64,000 nt of DNA, taken from contig JBHELQ010000064.1 in NCBI GenBank assembly GCA_046262995.1, positions 37,757 to 101,756 of the forward strand, read 5' to 3'. Below the pieces are notes generated by a model. It was not told the DNA's origin, searched no databases, and was given only the letters and a program-made list of their open reading frames with translations. The stretch's first letter is position 1. The number at the start of each line of letters is the position of its first letter. The position numbers and the translations under genes were made by a program. This DNA comes from Thermoleophilaceae bacterium (lineage in GTDB: Bacteria; Actinomycetota; Thermoleophilia; Solirubrobacterales; Thermoleophilaceae). Below, piece by piece: positions 18,666-27,474 of the stretch.

Positions 18666-19375
18666 GCGAGCCGGCGCCGGCGCCGGCGATCTCCTTCTTC
18701 GATCCCTCGCGCGAGCTCTACGGGACGGCGCGTGAGGCGGCTTCGGTGCTGTTCGAGGGCCGCCGGGCGCACGCGGTAGGCGACGGACCGAAAGTGGAGC
18801 GCCGCAAGGGACGGGTGCGCGTGGAGCTGGAGGGCAGCTTCGCTCTCGAGCTCGAGCCGGTGGCCGCCGAGGCCGACCTGGGCGGCGTGGTCGCACGCCT
18901 CTGCCGGGTCACCGGCGAGATCGGTGGGACGAGCGTGGACTGCGTGGGAACAATCGCCGAGAGCAAGTCACCGCCTGCGTGGGACGAGCTCGACGCCATG
19001 CGCTCGATCTCCGCCATCGGAGACGCCGAGAACGCCGTCCTGGCACTGGCCCGCCGCCCGCGCGGGGCGCTTGGCCACGGCCACGAGCTGGTCACCGCCT
19101 GGCTGCTCGAGGCGGGCGAGCCCCTGGCGGTGGAGGAGGCCCGAATCTCGACCGTCTACGACGGCGACGGCCGCCAGCGAAGCGCCGGCCTGGAGCTGTG
19201 GCTGCCCGGCGAGGAGTTCCCGCGCCGCGTCTCCGGCTCGGTGATAGCGGGCTCCTCGCTCGAGCTCGAGGAGCTGAACGTGCACATCGCCGTCTTCCGC
19301 TGGCGCATGAACGGCCGCGACGCGACGGGCGCCTACGAGCTCGTCGCCCGCCGCGAGCCCGCGGCGGCCGCCTAG
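18662..19375 (+). CDS. hypothetical protein, translationally coupled to fxsA
   Basis: GTG 18662 overlaps the fxsA TGA (GTGA). 237 aa with high GC3 and no motif I recognise. The product looks soluble and beta-rich (LELEELNVHIAVFRWRMNGRDATGAYELV). Confidence 0.5.
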   Translation: MSEPAPAPAISFFDPSRELYGTAREAASVLFEGRRAHAVGDGPKVERRKGRVRVELEGSFALELEPVAAEADLGGVVARLCRVTGEIGGTSVDCVGTIAESKSPPAWDELDAMRSISAIGDAENAVLALARRPRGALGHGHELVTAWLLEAGEPLAVEEARISTVYDGDGRQRSAGLELWLPGEEFPRRVSGSVIAGSSLELEELNVHIAVFRWRMNGRDATGAYELVARREPAAAA

Positions 19376-20001
19376 CCGCACGCCCGCCAGAGCCCTCGAC
19401 CAGCAGCCCGCGCCCGCTCCGCGTCGGCCGCGAACCTCGCCGCATAGCGGTCGTTCGGCGGGATCGTGAGCGGCCGTGCGTATCCCCGCGCCACGAGCAG
19501 CTCGTTGAACAGCCGCCCATCCCGAAGCCAGACATACGCAAGCGCCCGCCCGTACCGGTCCCGCCCCTCGACCCCCATCCGGTACCGCACCCGAACGCCG
19601 GGCCGAAGCACGCGCTTCGTATACGCCGAAGCAGCCGGCCCGAAGCACTCCACCGACCCATACACCTCCGGCGTATCCACGCCGATCAACCGAACCCGCC
19701 CGAGCCCGGACAGCCAAACCGTGTCCCCATCCACCACACGAGTGACGGTGGCAAGGTGACCGCCACCCCCGGGCCCGCCACACCCAATGAAACACAGCAG
19801 AACCAGGGGACCGGCAAGTAGGCGGCGAAAAGCGAGCCTGGCAAGGAAGCAGGCCCGAAGGCTTGGTGGGCCAAGCCGAGGGCCGATGACACCGCCAGGC
19901 GAAGCTTTGCAGCCGCCTAGTTGTCGGTCCCGAGGCGGTCCCAGGTGTAGAGCGAGATCGCCTCCGCCGCCAACTCCATCAGCCGCGGCCCCGACAGCCA
20001 T
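19372..20001 (-). CDS. exported thermonuclease (staphylococcal nuclease/SNase-like), probable lipoprotein; start unresolved
   Basis: VVDGDTVWL..RVRLIGVDTPE, DRYGRALAYVW, NELLVARGYA. The signal-like segment is RRLLAGPLVLLCFIGCGG. The only canonical in-frame start upstream of the signal peptide is ATG 20001, which overlaps the upstream gene by 85 nt. Confidence 0.7.
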   Translation of the reverse strand: MAVGAAADGVGGGGDLALHLGPPRDRQLGGCKASPGGVIGPRLGPPSLRACFLARLAFRRLLAGPLVLLCFIGCGGPGGGGHLATVTRVVDGDTVWLSGLGRVRLIGVDTPEVYGSVECFGPAASAYTKRVLRPGVRVRYRMGVEGRDRYGRALAYVWLRDGRLFNELLVARGYARPLTIPPNDRYAARFAADAERARAAGRGLWRACG

Positions 20002-20411
20002 GGCAGCACCGCGTCGAGCGCCTGGTCCTCGCTGACCCCGGCGTCGAAGGCGTCGTCGCCCTTGAACCCCGCCGCGATCCGGAGCGCCTCGCGCCGGTGC
20101 TCGCCGAGGCGCGGGAAGGCCTTGAGCAGGAAGTCCTTGTTGGCGATCGGCTGGCCCACCTCGAGCGAGGCGTGCCAGGCGGCGAGCATCGAGAGGTCGT
20201 CCTCGTCCAGGTCGTCGACGGCCTTCGCGTAGTGCCCCTCCAGCTCGTCGTCCGGGATCTCGTCCACCCATGCCCTGACCACCTCGCCAACGAGTTGCCG
20301 CCGCGCGTCGCGCCCGACGGCCTCCGCGACGACCCTGATCGCTTGCTGTGGCTCGATAAAGCAGAGAGGCATGGGATCCCGCCCCCCAATCGGACGAAGG
20401 GCTGATCGCAC
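19917..20411 (-). CDS. hypothetical acidic helical protein
   Basis: GC3 close to 100% in the 3' part. Start is GTG 20411 or ATG 20373. No recognisable motif and no signal peptide. Confidence 0.5.
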   Translation of the reverse strand: MRSALRPIGGRDPMPLCFIEPQQAIRVVAEAVGRDARRQLVGEVVRAWVDEIPDDELEGHYAKAVDDLDEDDLSMLAAWHASLEVGQPIANKDFLLKAFPRLGEHRREALRIAAGFKGDDAFDAGVSEDQALDAVLPWLSGPRLMELAAEAISLYTWDRLGTDN

Positions 20412-20443
20412 GATAGGAGCCGCTCCTGACGGAACCGGGCGCT

Positions 20444-20932
20444 TTACGGCCGCAGGCCGGTGATGACCCAGCCGCCCCGCGCACGCCGCAGGGTCACGGT
20501 CTGACCGCTGGAGAGCCGCACGCTTGCGCGCCGGCCGGCCATCCGCACCCGCTGGACGGACTCCTCGTCGGAGCTCGGGACTCGCGTCAGGTCAATGCCC
20601 GCGGCCCGCGCACAGCCCTCGAGCGAGGTCGGCGGGTGTCCCAGCAGGCGGCAGGCGGTGGCGGCGTCGGAGCGCTCGACGCTCGCGAAGAAGAACGCGA
20701 CCGTACGCTCGATCGCCGCGCGCCTGGGATTTCGCTTCAGCGGCTCGGTGGCCGTGCCCGTCCCCGTCCCGCTCGGCTTGGTCGCGGTCGGCCCGGTCCC
20801 CGTCGCGGTCCCGGTGCCGGTCGGGCTCGACGCGGAGGGCTCCTTGTCGCCTCCACCGCAGCCGGCCAGGGCAAGCAGGCTTGCCGCGATCGCGGCGATC
20901 AACGTGCTGCGCTGACGACGGTCGCCCCGCAC
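20444..20932 (-). CDS. lipoprotein with Thr/Gly-rich linker, unknown function
   Basis: Lipobox LLALAGC, a TGTGTATGTGPTATKPSGTGTGTAT linker, and a C-terminal domain of about 90 aa with two Cys. Confidence 0.6.
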   Translation of the reverse strand: MRGDRRQRSTLIAAIAASLLALAGCGGGDKEPSASSPTGTGTATGTGPTATKPSGTGTGTATEPLKRNPRRAAIERTVAFFFASVERSDAATACRLLGHPPTSLEGCARAAGIDLTRVPSSDEESVQRVRMAGRRASVRLSSGQTVTLRRARGGWVITGLRP

Positions 20933-20959
20933 GGCGCCGAAGCTAGCAACGATGGCCGC

Positions 20960-23900
20960 TCAGCCCGCCGCAAGCGTGTGCTCGGGGCCCCAGGAGCAGA
21001 GCGCGGGCTGACCCGGGCAGTCGGCGCAGAGCTCCCGGTGCGGGTGCTCGGTGGGCGCGAACCTGGCCTCGACCACCCCTCGCGCGAGCTCCAGCAGCTC
21101 GCGCTCCAGGTCGCCCGTCTGCGCGGCCTCGAACACGCTGAGCACGGGCTCGTCCGCCCGCTCCAGGAACAGGTGCGCGACCTCGACCCGCGCGGCCCTG
21201 CCGCGGAGCGCGGCCAGGGCGTAGACGACGCGCTGGGTCGCGTACTTCTCGTCGCAGACGGCGGTCGGGTCTCGCCCGTCCAGCGGATCGCTCTTGTAGT
21301 CGACGATCAGGGTCCTGTCCGGCTCGACCGCGTGGACGTCCAGGAACCCGTTCACGAGCAGGCTGCGCCCGGGGGACTCCGGCAGCTCGAGCGGAAAGGC
21401 GAAGGGCTGCTCGGTACGGACACGTTCCGCGCCTGCGATGCGCTCCCGGAGCGGCGAGTCGCAAAACGCCTCGATCAGCCCGCGCACTCCCGCCACGTCC
21501 CGCTCGCCGGGCTCGGCGACGCCGTGCTGCTCGATCAGCTCGGCGACCGCCTTCGCGGACGGCACCGCCGGGCGCGCGAAGTCGAGCCGCTCGAGCAGCT
21601 CGTGAACGATCGTGCCGCGCAGCAGCGCGGGCAGCTCGTCGGCGGCCCGCGGCTCGCGCGCGTCTGTCTCCCCGAGCTCCGGGCCCGCGGCCAGGTCGAG
21701 CTTCGCCTGCACCCCGGGCGCCCCGCCCCCGCCGAGCCGCAGGCTGTCGGCGCCCGGCAACCGCAGCGCGCGCTCCAGGTAGAAGCGGTAGCCGCAGCGC
21801 TTGTAGGCCTGGAGGCCCGAGTAGGAGAGGCGGCTGACCGGCAGCGCCCGCGGAGCGGAGACGCCGCCGAGCGCGAGCGGTGGCGTGGCCTCGAGCTTGG
21901 CTGGAGCGGTGGGCTCAGGGCGCAGCGGGTCACGGTCGGACGCGGGCAGGAGCTCATCGAGCGTGTCCGGCGCGCAGCGCGTCCAGCGAACCCGCACCTC
22001 CCGCCCGTTCCAGGCGCCCGGGCTCACGCCGCTCGCACCCTCGGCGGGGAGCCCCGGGCAGAAGCGGCGCCAGATCCAACGCATCGGCTCCTCGAGCGGC
22101 GCCGGCCCGGGCCGCTTCTCCAGGTCGGTCGCTCCACTCAACACCAGGCGCTCCTGGGCGCGGGTGATCGCCACATAGAAGATCCGCCGCTCCTCCTGCT
22201 CGTCGGCGAGCCGCTGCTCGTCGCGGATCCGTCGCATCTCGGCGCTGTCGACGGAGCCGCCGCCGAGAGAGGCCAGCCGCAGGCCGAGCCGCCCGTCGTC
22301 CGAGATCCGCAGGCCGCCGTAGTCCTCCCTGCCGAGCTTCCCCAGGTCGGCCACGCACACGACCGGGAACTCGAGGCCCTTGGCGCGGTGCACAGTCATC
22401 AGCCGCACCGCGTCGAGCTCCTCGGCCTCGAGCGGAGCCTCCCCCTCGCGCTCCTGGATCAGGTCGCGCTCGGCGACGAAGTCGATGAAGCCACGCAGGT
22501 CGCGGCCCTCGTCGGCCTCGTACTCGCGCGCCATGCGCATGAGCTTGCGCACGTTCGCCATGCGGCGCTCGCCGGCCGGCAGCGCCAGGATGCGGCGGTC
22601 GTAGCCGGTCGAGGTCACCGCGCGGTCAACGAGCCGCTCCAGCGACACGCGCGGAGCCGCCCGCCGTTCCGCGTCGAACAGCCGCACGAAGCGACCGATG
22701 CGCTCGCGATCGGCTTCGGGCAGACGCGCCTCCAGGTCGTCGCTGCCATCGCCGTCCGGGAGGAAGGCCTGGGTGAGCGTCCACCAGACGTCGCGCGCCA
22801 GGCGCCGGCGCCGCAGTCCGACGATCGCCACGGCGTCGAGCGAGGCGCCCACGAACGGGGAGGCGAGCAGCGAGAAGATCGCGAGCTCGTCACGCGGGTT
22901 GGCCAGTGCCGCCAGCCAGTGGCGCAGGTCGCCGACCTGCTGCTGGCTCCAGTAGCCGCGCCCGCCGACGACATGGGTAGGCACGCCGCGCTCCTCGAGC
23001 GCGCGCTCGTACACCGACATGTGCGTCGTGGCCCGCAGCAGCAGGACGACGTCGCGGTACGACCAGCCGCCGCTTCCCGCGAGCTCCTGCACTCGCTTGG
23101 CCAGCAGCCGCGCCTCCGCTGCCCGCCAGTGCGCGACCGAGCGCATCCCCGCCCCGAACGGCTCCTCCCGGCCCGCGAAGGTCGCGTCGAAGCGCTGCCT
23201 GCCACGGTCGGTCACGAGGAGCTCGACAGCCGGCTCCCCAAGCGCCTTCCGGCGCCTCGGTCCGGGGGGCTCGCGCAGTGGCTCGAAGTCGGCTCCCCAG
23301 AGGTCCTCGAACGCCATGTCGATCGCGTCGATGAGCTCCGGGCGGCTGCGGAAGTTCGCCGTCAGGCTCTCGACGCTCCCCTCTCCACGAGCCCGCTCCT
23401 GGTGCTCGCGGAACACGCCGACGTCGGCGTTGCGAAAGCCGTAGATCGACTGGTGCTCGTCGCCGACCCGGAACAGGTTGTCGCGCGAGATCAGCTCGAG
23501 CAGCGCGTTTTGAAGCCGGTTCACGTCCTGGAACTCGTCGACCAGGACGTGGCTGAACCTGCCGGCGTACTGCTCCCGGATGCCGGCATCGCCCTCCAGC
23601 ACGTCCCTGGCGATCAGCTCGAGGTCCTCGAAGTCGATCCCGGAGCGGGCGCGCTTCAGCTCGTCGTAGCGGTCGCCGTAGAGGGCGAGCAGCTCGCGCA
23701 GGAGAGCGTGATCCCCGGCGCTGCGGCTCAGGGCGCACCACTCCTCGTACGCGGCCCGCGCGCGCTCGTAGGCTTCGCAGGCGGAGCCCTTGAGCGCCTT
23801 GGCGCCGCCCTTGACCCGCAACGCCTCGACGTCGCGAGGGTGATGGGACGGACTGTCGCCGAGCGCCTCCGCGCATCCCTCGAGCAGGGCCAGCGCCTCC

Positions 23901-24544
23901 TCGACCTGCTTGCCGCTCCCGGCGGCTCCGAGCTCGGCGAGCGCCCGGGAGGCGACCGCCAACAGCTCCGCCCGCGCGGCCGCCCCGGTCGAGGGCTCGG
24001 GCGCCCTGACCTCGGGCAGCGAGGGCCGCCGCTCGCCCCGGCTGCGCAGGCGCGAGTAGGCCGTGCGCACCATCGCTCTCAGCTTGTCGGGCGTATAGGC
24101 GGCGACCAGCTCGAGCCGCTCCGCCCCCGCCCCCTCCAGGAAGTCCGCCAGGGCCCCGTCGAAGGCGTCGAGGCCGACCCGCTCGGTCTCGAGCTCCCCG
24201 AGCACCCGGTACTCGGGGTCGATCCCCGCCCGGAGCGCGTGCGCCCGGAGCACCCGTGAGCAGAACCCGTGGATCGTCGAGATCCAGGCTCCCTCCGCCG
24301 CGCGGGCCTCCTCACGGCGGCCGAGCTCCAGGAAGCGCGCGCGGATCCTGCTCCCCAGCTGGGCGGCGGCCTTGTCGGTGAAGGTGATCGCGAGGATCGA
24401 CTCGAGCGGCGCGCCGTCGTCGATCACCGCCCTTACGAAGCGCTCCACCAGCACCGACGTCTTGCCCGTCCCGGCCCCCGCCCTGACGAGCAGCGGGCCC
24501 TCCCGCCGCCCGATCGCGCGCAGCTGCTCGTCGGTGAAGTCCAT
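20960..24544 (-). CDS. UvrD-type helicase / RecB-family nuclease subunit of an AddAB/AdnAB-type DSB-resection enzyme (AddA/AdnB-like)
   Basis: Walker A GAGTGKT, UvrD motifs (VLVDEFQD, TVHRAKGLEF), C-terminal nuclease motif LIVDYKSD, plus the cysteines YKRCGYRF and CADCPGQPALC. Confidence 0.85.
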   Translation of the reverse strand: MDFTDEQLRAIGRREGPLLVRAGAGTGKTSVLVERFVRAVIDDGAPLESILAITFTDKAAAQLGSRIRARFLELGRREEARAAEGAWISTIHGFCSRVLRAHALRAGIDPEYRVLGELETERVGLDAFDGALADFLEGAGAERLELVAAYTPDKLRAMVRTAYSRLRSRGERRPSLPEVRAPEPSTGAAARAELLAVASRALAELGAAGSGKQVEEALALLEGCAEALGDSPSHHPRDVEALRVKGGAKALKGSACEAYERARAAYEEWCALSRSAGDHALLRELLALYGDRYDELKRARSGIDFEDLELIARDVLEGDAGIREQYAGRFSHVLVDEFQDVNRLQNALLELISRDNLFRVGDEHQSIYGFRNADVGVFREHQERARGEGSVESLTANFRSRPELIDAIDMAFEDLWGADFEPLREPPGPRRRKALGEPAVELLVTDRGRQRFDATFAGREEPFGAGMRSVAHWRAAEARLLAKRVQELAGSGGWSYRDVVLLLRATTHMSVYERALEERGVPTHVVGGRGYWSQQQVGDLRHWLAALANPRDELAIFSLLASPFVGASLDAVAIVGLRRRRLARDVWWTLTQAFLPDGDGSDDLEARLPEADRERIGRFVRLFDAERRAAPRVSLERLVDRAVTSTGYDRRILALPAGERRMANVRKLMRMAREYEADEGRDLRGFIDFVAERDLIQEREGEAPLEAEELDAVRLMTVHRAKGLEFPVVCVADLGKLGREDYGGLRISDDGRLGLRLASLGGGSVDSAEMRRIRDEQRLADEQEERRIFYVAITRAQERLVLSGATDLEKRPGPAPLEEPMRWIWRRFCPGLPAEGASGVSPGAWNGREVRVRWTRCAPDTLDELLPASDRDPLRPEPTAPAKLEATPPLALGGVSAPRALPVSRLSYSGLQAYKRCGYRFYLERALRLPGADSLRLGGGGAPGVQAKLDLAAGPELGETDAREPRAADELPALLRGTIVHELLERLDFARPAVPSAKAVAELIEQHGVAEPGERDVAGVRGLIEAFCDSPLRERIAGAERVRTEQPFAFPLELPESPGRSLLVNGFLDVHAVEPDRTLIVDYKSDPLDGRDPTAVCDEKYATQRVVYALAALRGRAARVEVAHLFLERADEPVLSVFEAAQTGDLERELLELARGVVEARFAPTEHPHRELCADCPGQPALCSWGPEHTLAAG

Positions 24545-27444
24545 CAGCCCTCGCTCCGGCAGATCGACGGGTACGAGCAGCCCCCGTCGTAGGCGCAGCT
24601 ATCGGGGGTGCAGCGGAGCTCTCCGCGCGCCATACGGGCGGCGGTCTCGGAGATCCGTGCCGACGCGTCCTCCAGGCGCTGCCTGAACTCGTCCGGCTCT
24701 CGGCGGTCGTTGGAGACGAAGTCCGACCCGAGCTGCGGCAGGTCGGCCACCAGCCCGCGCGCCCGGCGATCCTCGCCTCCCAGCGGCACGTAGACCCCGC
24801 CCGCGGGCTCCAGGCCATGGAGCTCCTCGACCGCCAGCATGTACAGGGCGGCCTGGAAGCGGTTCTCGCGCTCCCAGCTGTCGGCCTTGTAGGCGGCGAC
24901 CGACTTGCCGCTCTTGTAGTCGCGCACGAGGGCGTGTCCGTCCCAGGTGTCCACGCGGTCGATCACCCCGCGGACGTTCACGCCCGCGACCTCGATGGGC
25001 CCGAAGCGCAGCTCCAAATGCTCGGGCTCGAACTGGCTGTCGGACTCGGCCTCGTGGCGCAGGAAGCGCAACAGGTCGAACTGGAGCCGCCGCACCGCGG
25101 CACGGACGCGCGTCTGCTTGGGGGACAGCTGGAACTCCGAGCGCCTCAGCTCGAGCTCCTCCAGCAGGATCTGCTCCGCCTGCGCGAGATTCCCGCTCGT
25201 CACCCGTCGGGAGCCGGTGGCCTCGCGCAGCCGGCGGTAGGTCCCCTCCAGGACCGCGTGGGCATAGCGGCCGCGCACCATCGCCTCCGGGTCGGGCTCG
25301 AGCGCCTCCGGCCTGAGCAGGCTGTCGACGAGCCACTTCACCGGACAGTCGGCGAAGCGCTCGAGCGCCGCGGCCGACACCGACTCGCGCGCGGCCAGCT
25401 CCTCGCGCACCCCCGGGTCGGTGAGCGGGCCCGGCTCGGGGGCGGCGGCGCGCGGGCCGCGCAGGGCGATCGTGCGCGCCCATTCCTCCGCGGTGGGCGC
25501 ACCCTCCGGCGCCCACGTCACCTCCGACAGCGATCGGCGGCGCTCGGCCGGCCCATCGAACAGGTCCCGCACGTCCTCGACGAAGAAGGAGGGGGAGGCG
25601 GGGTTTCCCTCCTCGTCGCAGTAGCGCGCGCTGAGGACCAGCGAGCTCTCCGCCCGCGAGGCGCAGACGTAGAAGAGATAACGTTCGCGATCGAGTCGGT
25701 CCTCGCGCAGCGGGAGCGCGAGGCCGCTCGTCTTGGCGATCTCGGTCCGGTCGGAGTCCGGCAGGAAGGGCTCCGGCGAGCTGCCGCGCGGGAACTCCTC
25801 CTCCTGCAACCCGCAGACGAAGACGGAGTGGAAGCGGCGGGCGCGGATGGCACCCGGGCTCGCGACCTGGACGCGATCCGGTTGGGGGTTCTCCCCCAGC
25901 CGCAGCCTGAGCTCGGAGAGCGTCTCGTGAAGCGCGGCGTGGTCCAGGGACGCCAGCGTGCCGGCCCCGATCAGCGCGTGGATCTGCGCCAGAGCGTCGT
26001 GGGCCGCGTCGAAGGTTCGGGGGTCCTCGAGCTCCGACCCGTCGAGAACCGGCGCCATGCGGCGGTACGGAGCCGTGAACAGCCGCTGCAGCGCCCGGTC
26101 GAGCTCCCTGACGAACACGGCCATGTCCCCGGCGCCCCGCAGGCGGTCGAGCTCGTCGAGCCGGAGCTGCTCGGGCTTCCAGGGCGCGTCCTCCCAGATC
26201 TTCCGCGCGGCCTCCGCGGACTCGGCGCCCTGCTTTCGGACCTCTGACTCCAGCCGATCGGCGAGCCCCGGCTGGCGAAGCCGTCCGGGCGTGCGCAGGT
26301 AGGCGAGCAGGTCGTCGGCGCCCCCTCCCAGCACGGCGGCGCGCACCAGCGCGAGCAGCCCGCGCCCGAGGCTCGTCATGCGCAGCGCCACGGAGCGATC
26401 GATCGAGAACGGGATGCCGTAGGCGCCGAAGACCTGCTCCACGAGCGACGCGTAGCGGCCGGTCTCCCGCAGGACGACCGCCACGTCGCCTGGGGACACG
26501 CCCTCACGAAGCAGCCGCAGGACATCGGCTCCGACCAGCTCGACCTCCGCCCGCTCGCCACCCGCCGCGTGCAGCCGGACGGTCTCCCCGGCCGGGCGCG
26601 CGGGCCCAGGCTCGAGCTCGAACAGGTTGCGCTCCAGATGGTGAAGCGCGTCGCGCGAGCCGTCGGAGTAGTGGTCCGATAGCGCCTCCAGGCGCACCTC
26701 CCGATCGGCCAGGGAGGCAAGCGCCTGATAGATCGGCGCGACTACGCGGAAGGCGATCCGACCCGGCTCGAAGGGCAGCGAGACGGTCACGTCCGCCCCG
26801 CAGCGCCGCGCGATCGTCTCGAGAGCCTCGAGCTCGAGCGGCGTGAAGTCGTCGAAGCCGTAGACGAACAGCGGCGTATCGCGCCAGCGTGCCGGCTCGC
26901 GGCGAAGCGCGTCCAGCGCGCGCCAGGCGTAGAGCTCGGCATCCACGAGCCCGGCGGCGTCGAGCAGGTCGCGGTAACGGCGATAGAGACGGGCGACCTC
27001 CTCGGCGTAGCCGCGGCGCGGCCCGTCCCCTGCCCAGTCGCGAAGGGCCCGTGTGAAGCGCGCGGGCTCGACCATCGAGCGTTCGAGCTCAGCGAGGAAG
27101 CGCGCCGCGGCGCGCGTGAAACCGGGACGTCCGGCGGAGTCCGCCAGCACCTCGAGCCCGGCGCCGGTGATCGCCTCCTGGACCAGGAGCTCCCTCTGCA
27201 CCGGCGAAGCCCTGCGACCGCCCTGGCCAGTGCGCTCGGCGATCGTCTCGAAGAGCCAGGCGAAGCGGACCACGCGCGCGCCGATCACCGCCCCGCCCGC
27301 GGCGAGCTCGCGCTGGCTGTGCTCCACGTCCTGGAAGGCCGGCACGACCAGTATCGGATCGTCGTCGAGCCGCGCGCGCAGGCCACCCAGGACCTCCCCC
27401 GCCTTGGCGGAGTTGGCCGGTCCGGTTACGAGCGTGAGCGGCAC
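24544..27444 (-). CDS. AddB/AdnA-like helicase-nuclease subunit with degenerate P-loop and Fe-S cysteine set
   Basis: N-terminus LVTGPANSAKAGEV (no GKT/S), nuclease motif LVRDYKSGK, and cysteines FADCPVKW and CTPDSCAYDGGCSYPSIC. The stop overlaps the start of the downstream subunit. Confidence 0.8.
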   Translation of the reverse strand: MPLTLVTGPANSAKAGEVLGGLRARLDDDPILVVPAFQDVEHSQRELAAGGAVIGARVVRFAWLFETIAERTGQGGRRASPVQRELLVQEAITGAGLEVLADSAGRPGFTRAAARFLAELERSMVEPARFTRALRDWAGDGPRRGYAEEVARLYRRYRDLLDAAGLVDAELYAWRALDALRREPARWRDTPLFVYGFDDFTPLELEALETIARRCGADVTVSLPFEPGRIAFRVVAPIYQALASLADREVRLEALSDHYSDGSRDALHHLERNLFELEPGPARPAGETVRLHAAGGERAEVELVGADVLRLLREGVSPGDVAVVLRETGRYASLVEQVFGAYGIPFSIDRSVALRMTSLGRGLLALVRAAVLGGGADDLLAYLRTPGRLRQPGLADRLESEVRKQGAESAEAARKIWEDAPWKPEQLRLDELDRLRGAGDMAVFVRELDRALQRLFTAPYRRMAPVLDGSELEDPRTFDAAHDALAQIHALIGAGTLASLDHAALHETLSELRLRLGENPQPDRVQVASPGAIRARRFHSVFVCGLQEEEFPRGSSPEPFLPDSDRTEIAKTSGLALPLREDRLDRERYLFYVCASRAESSLVLSARYCDEEGNPASPSFFVEDVRDLFDGPAERRRSLSEVTWAPEGAPTAEEWARTIALRGPRAAAPEPGPLTDPGVREELAARESVSAAALERFADCPVKWLVDSLLRPEALEPDPEAMVRGRYAHAVLEGTYRRLREATGSRRVTSGNLAQAEQILLEELELRRSEFQLSPKQTRVRAAVRRLQFDLLRFLRHEAESDSQFEPEHLELRFGPIEVAGVNVRGVIDRVDTWDGHALVRDYKSGKSVAAYKADSWERENRFQAALYMLAVEELHGLEPAGGVYVPLGGEDRRARGLVADLPQLGSDFVSNDRREPDEFRQRLEDASARISETAARMARGELRCTPDSCAYDGGCSYPSICRSEG

Positions 27445-27474
27445 GCCGTCGAGTTGTAGAGCCGCCCCACGACG

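Noticed and set aside
19372-19375. Convergent genes sharing a palindromic CTAG as mutual stop codons (also at 61752-61755), and convergent 3' overlaps of 17 nt (17081-17097) and 38 nt (59439-59476).
   Set aside because: This reflects compact gene packing in a dense genome. There is no evidence of regulatory meaning.
20636-24259. Very long alternative ORFs in other frames or on the antisense strand. Examples: 20636-24259 (+, 1207 aa), 42412-45339 (+, 975 aa), 42368-44779 (-), 48307-50250 (-), 1176-2204 (-) and 463-1587 (-).
   Set aside because: Their products are Arg/Ala/Gly/Pro-rich low-complexity sequences. They overlap genes with unambiguous homology motifs on the other strand or frame. 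This is the typical stop-codon-poor artefact of ~70% GC DNA.
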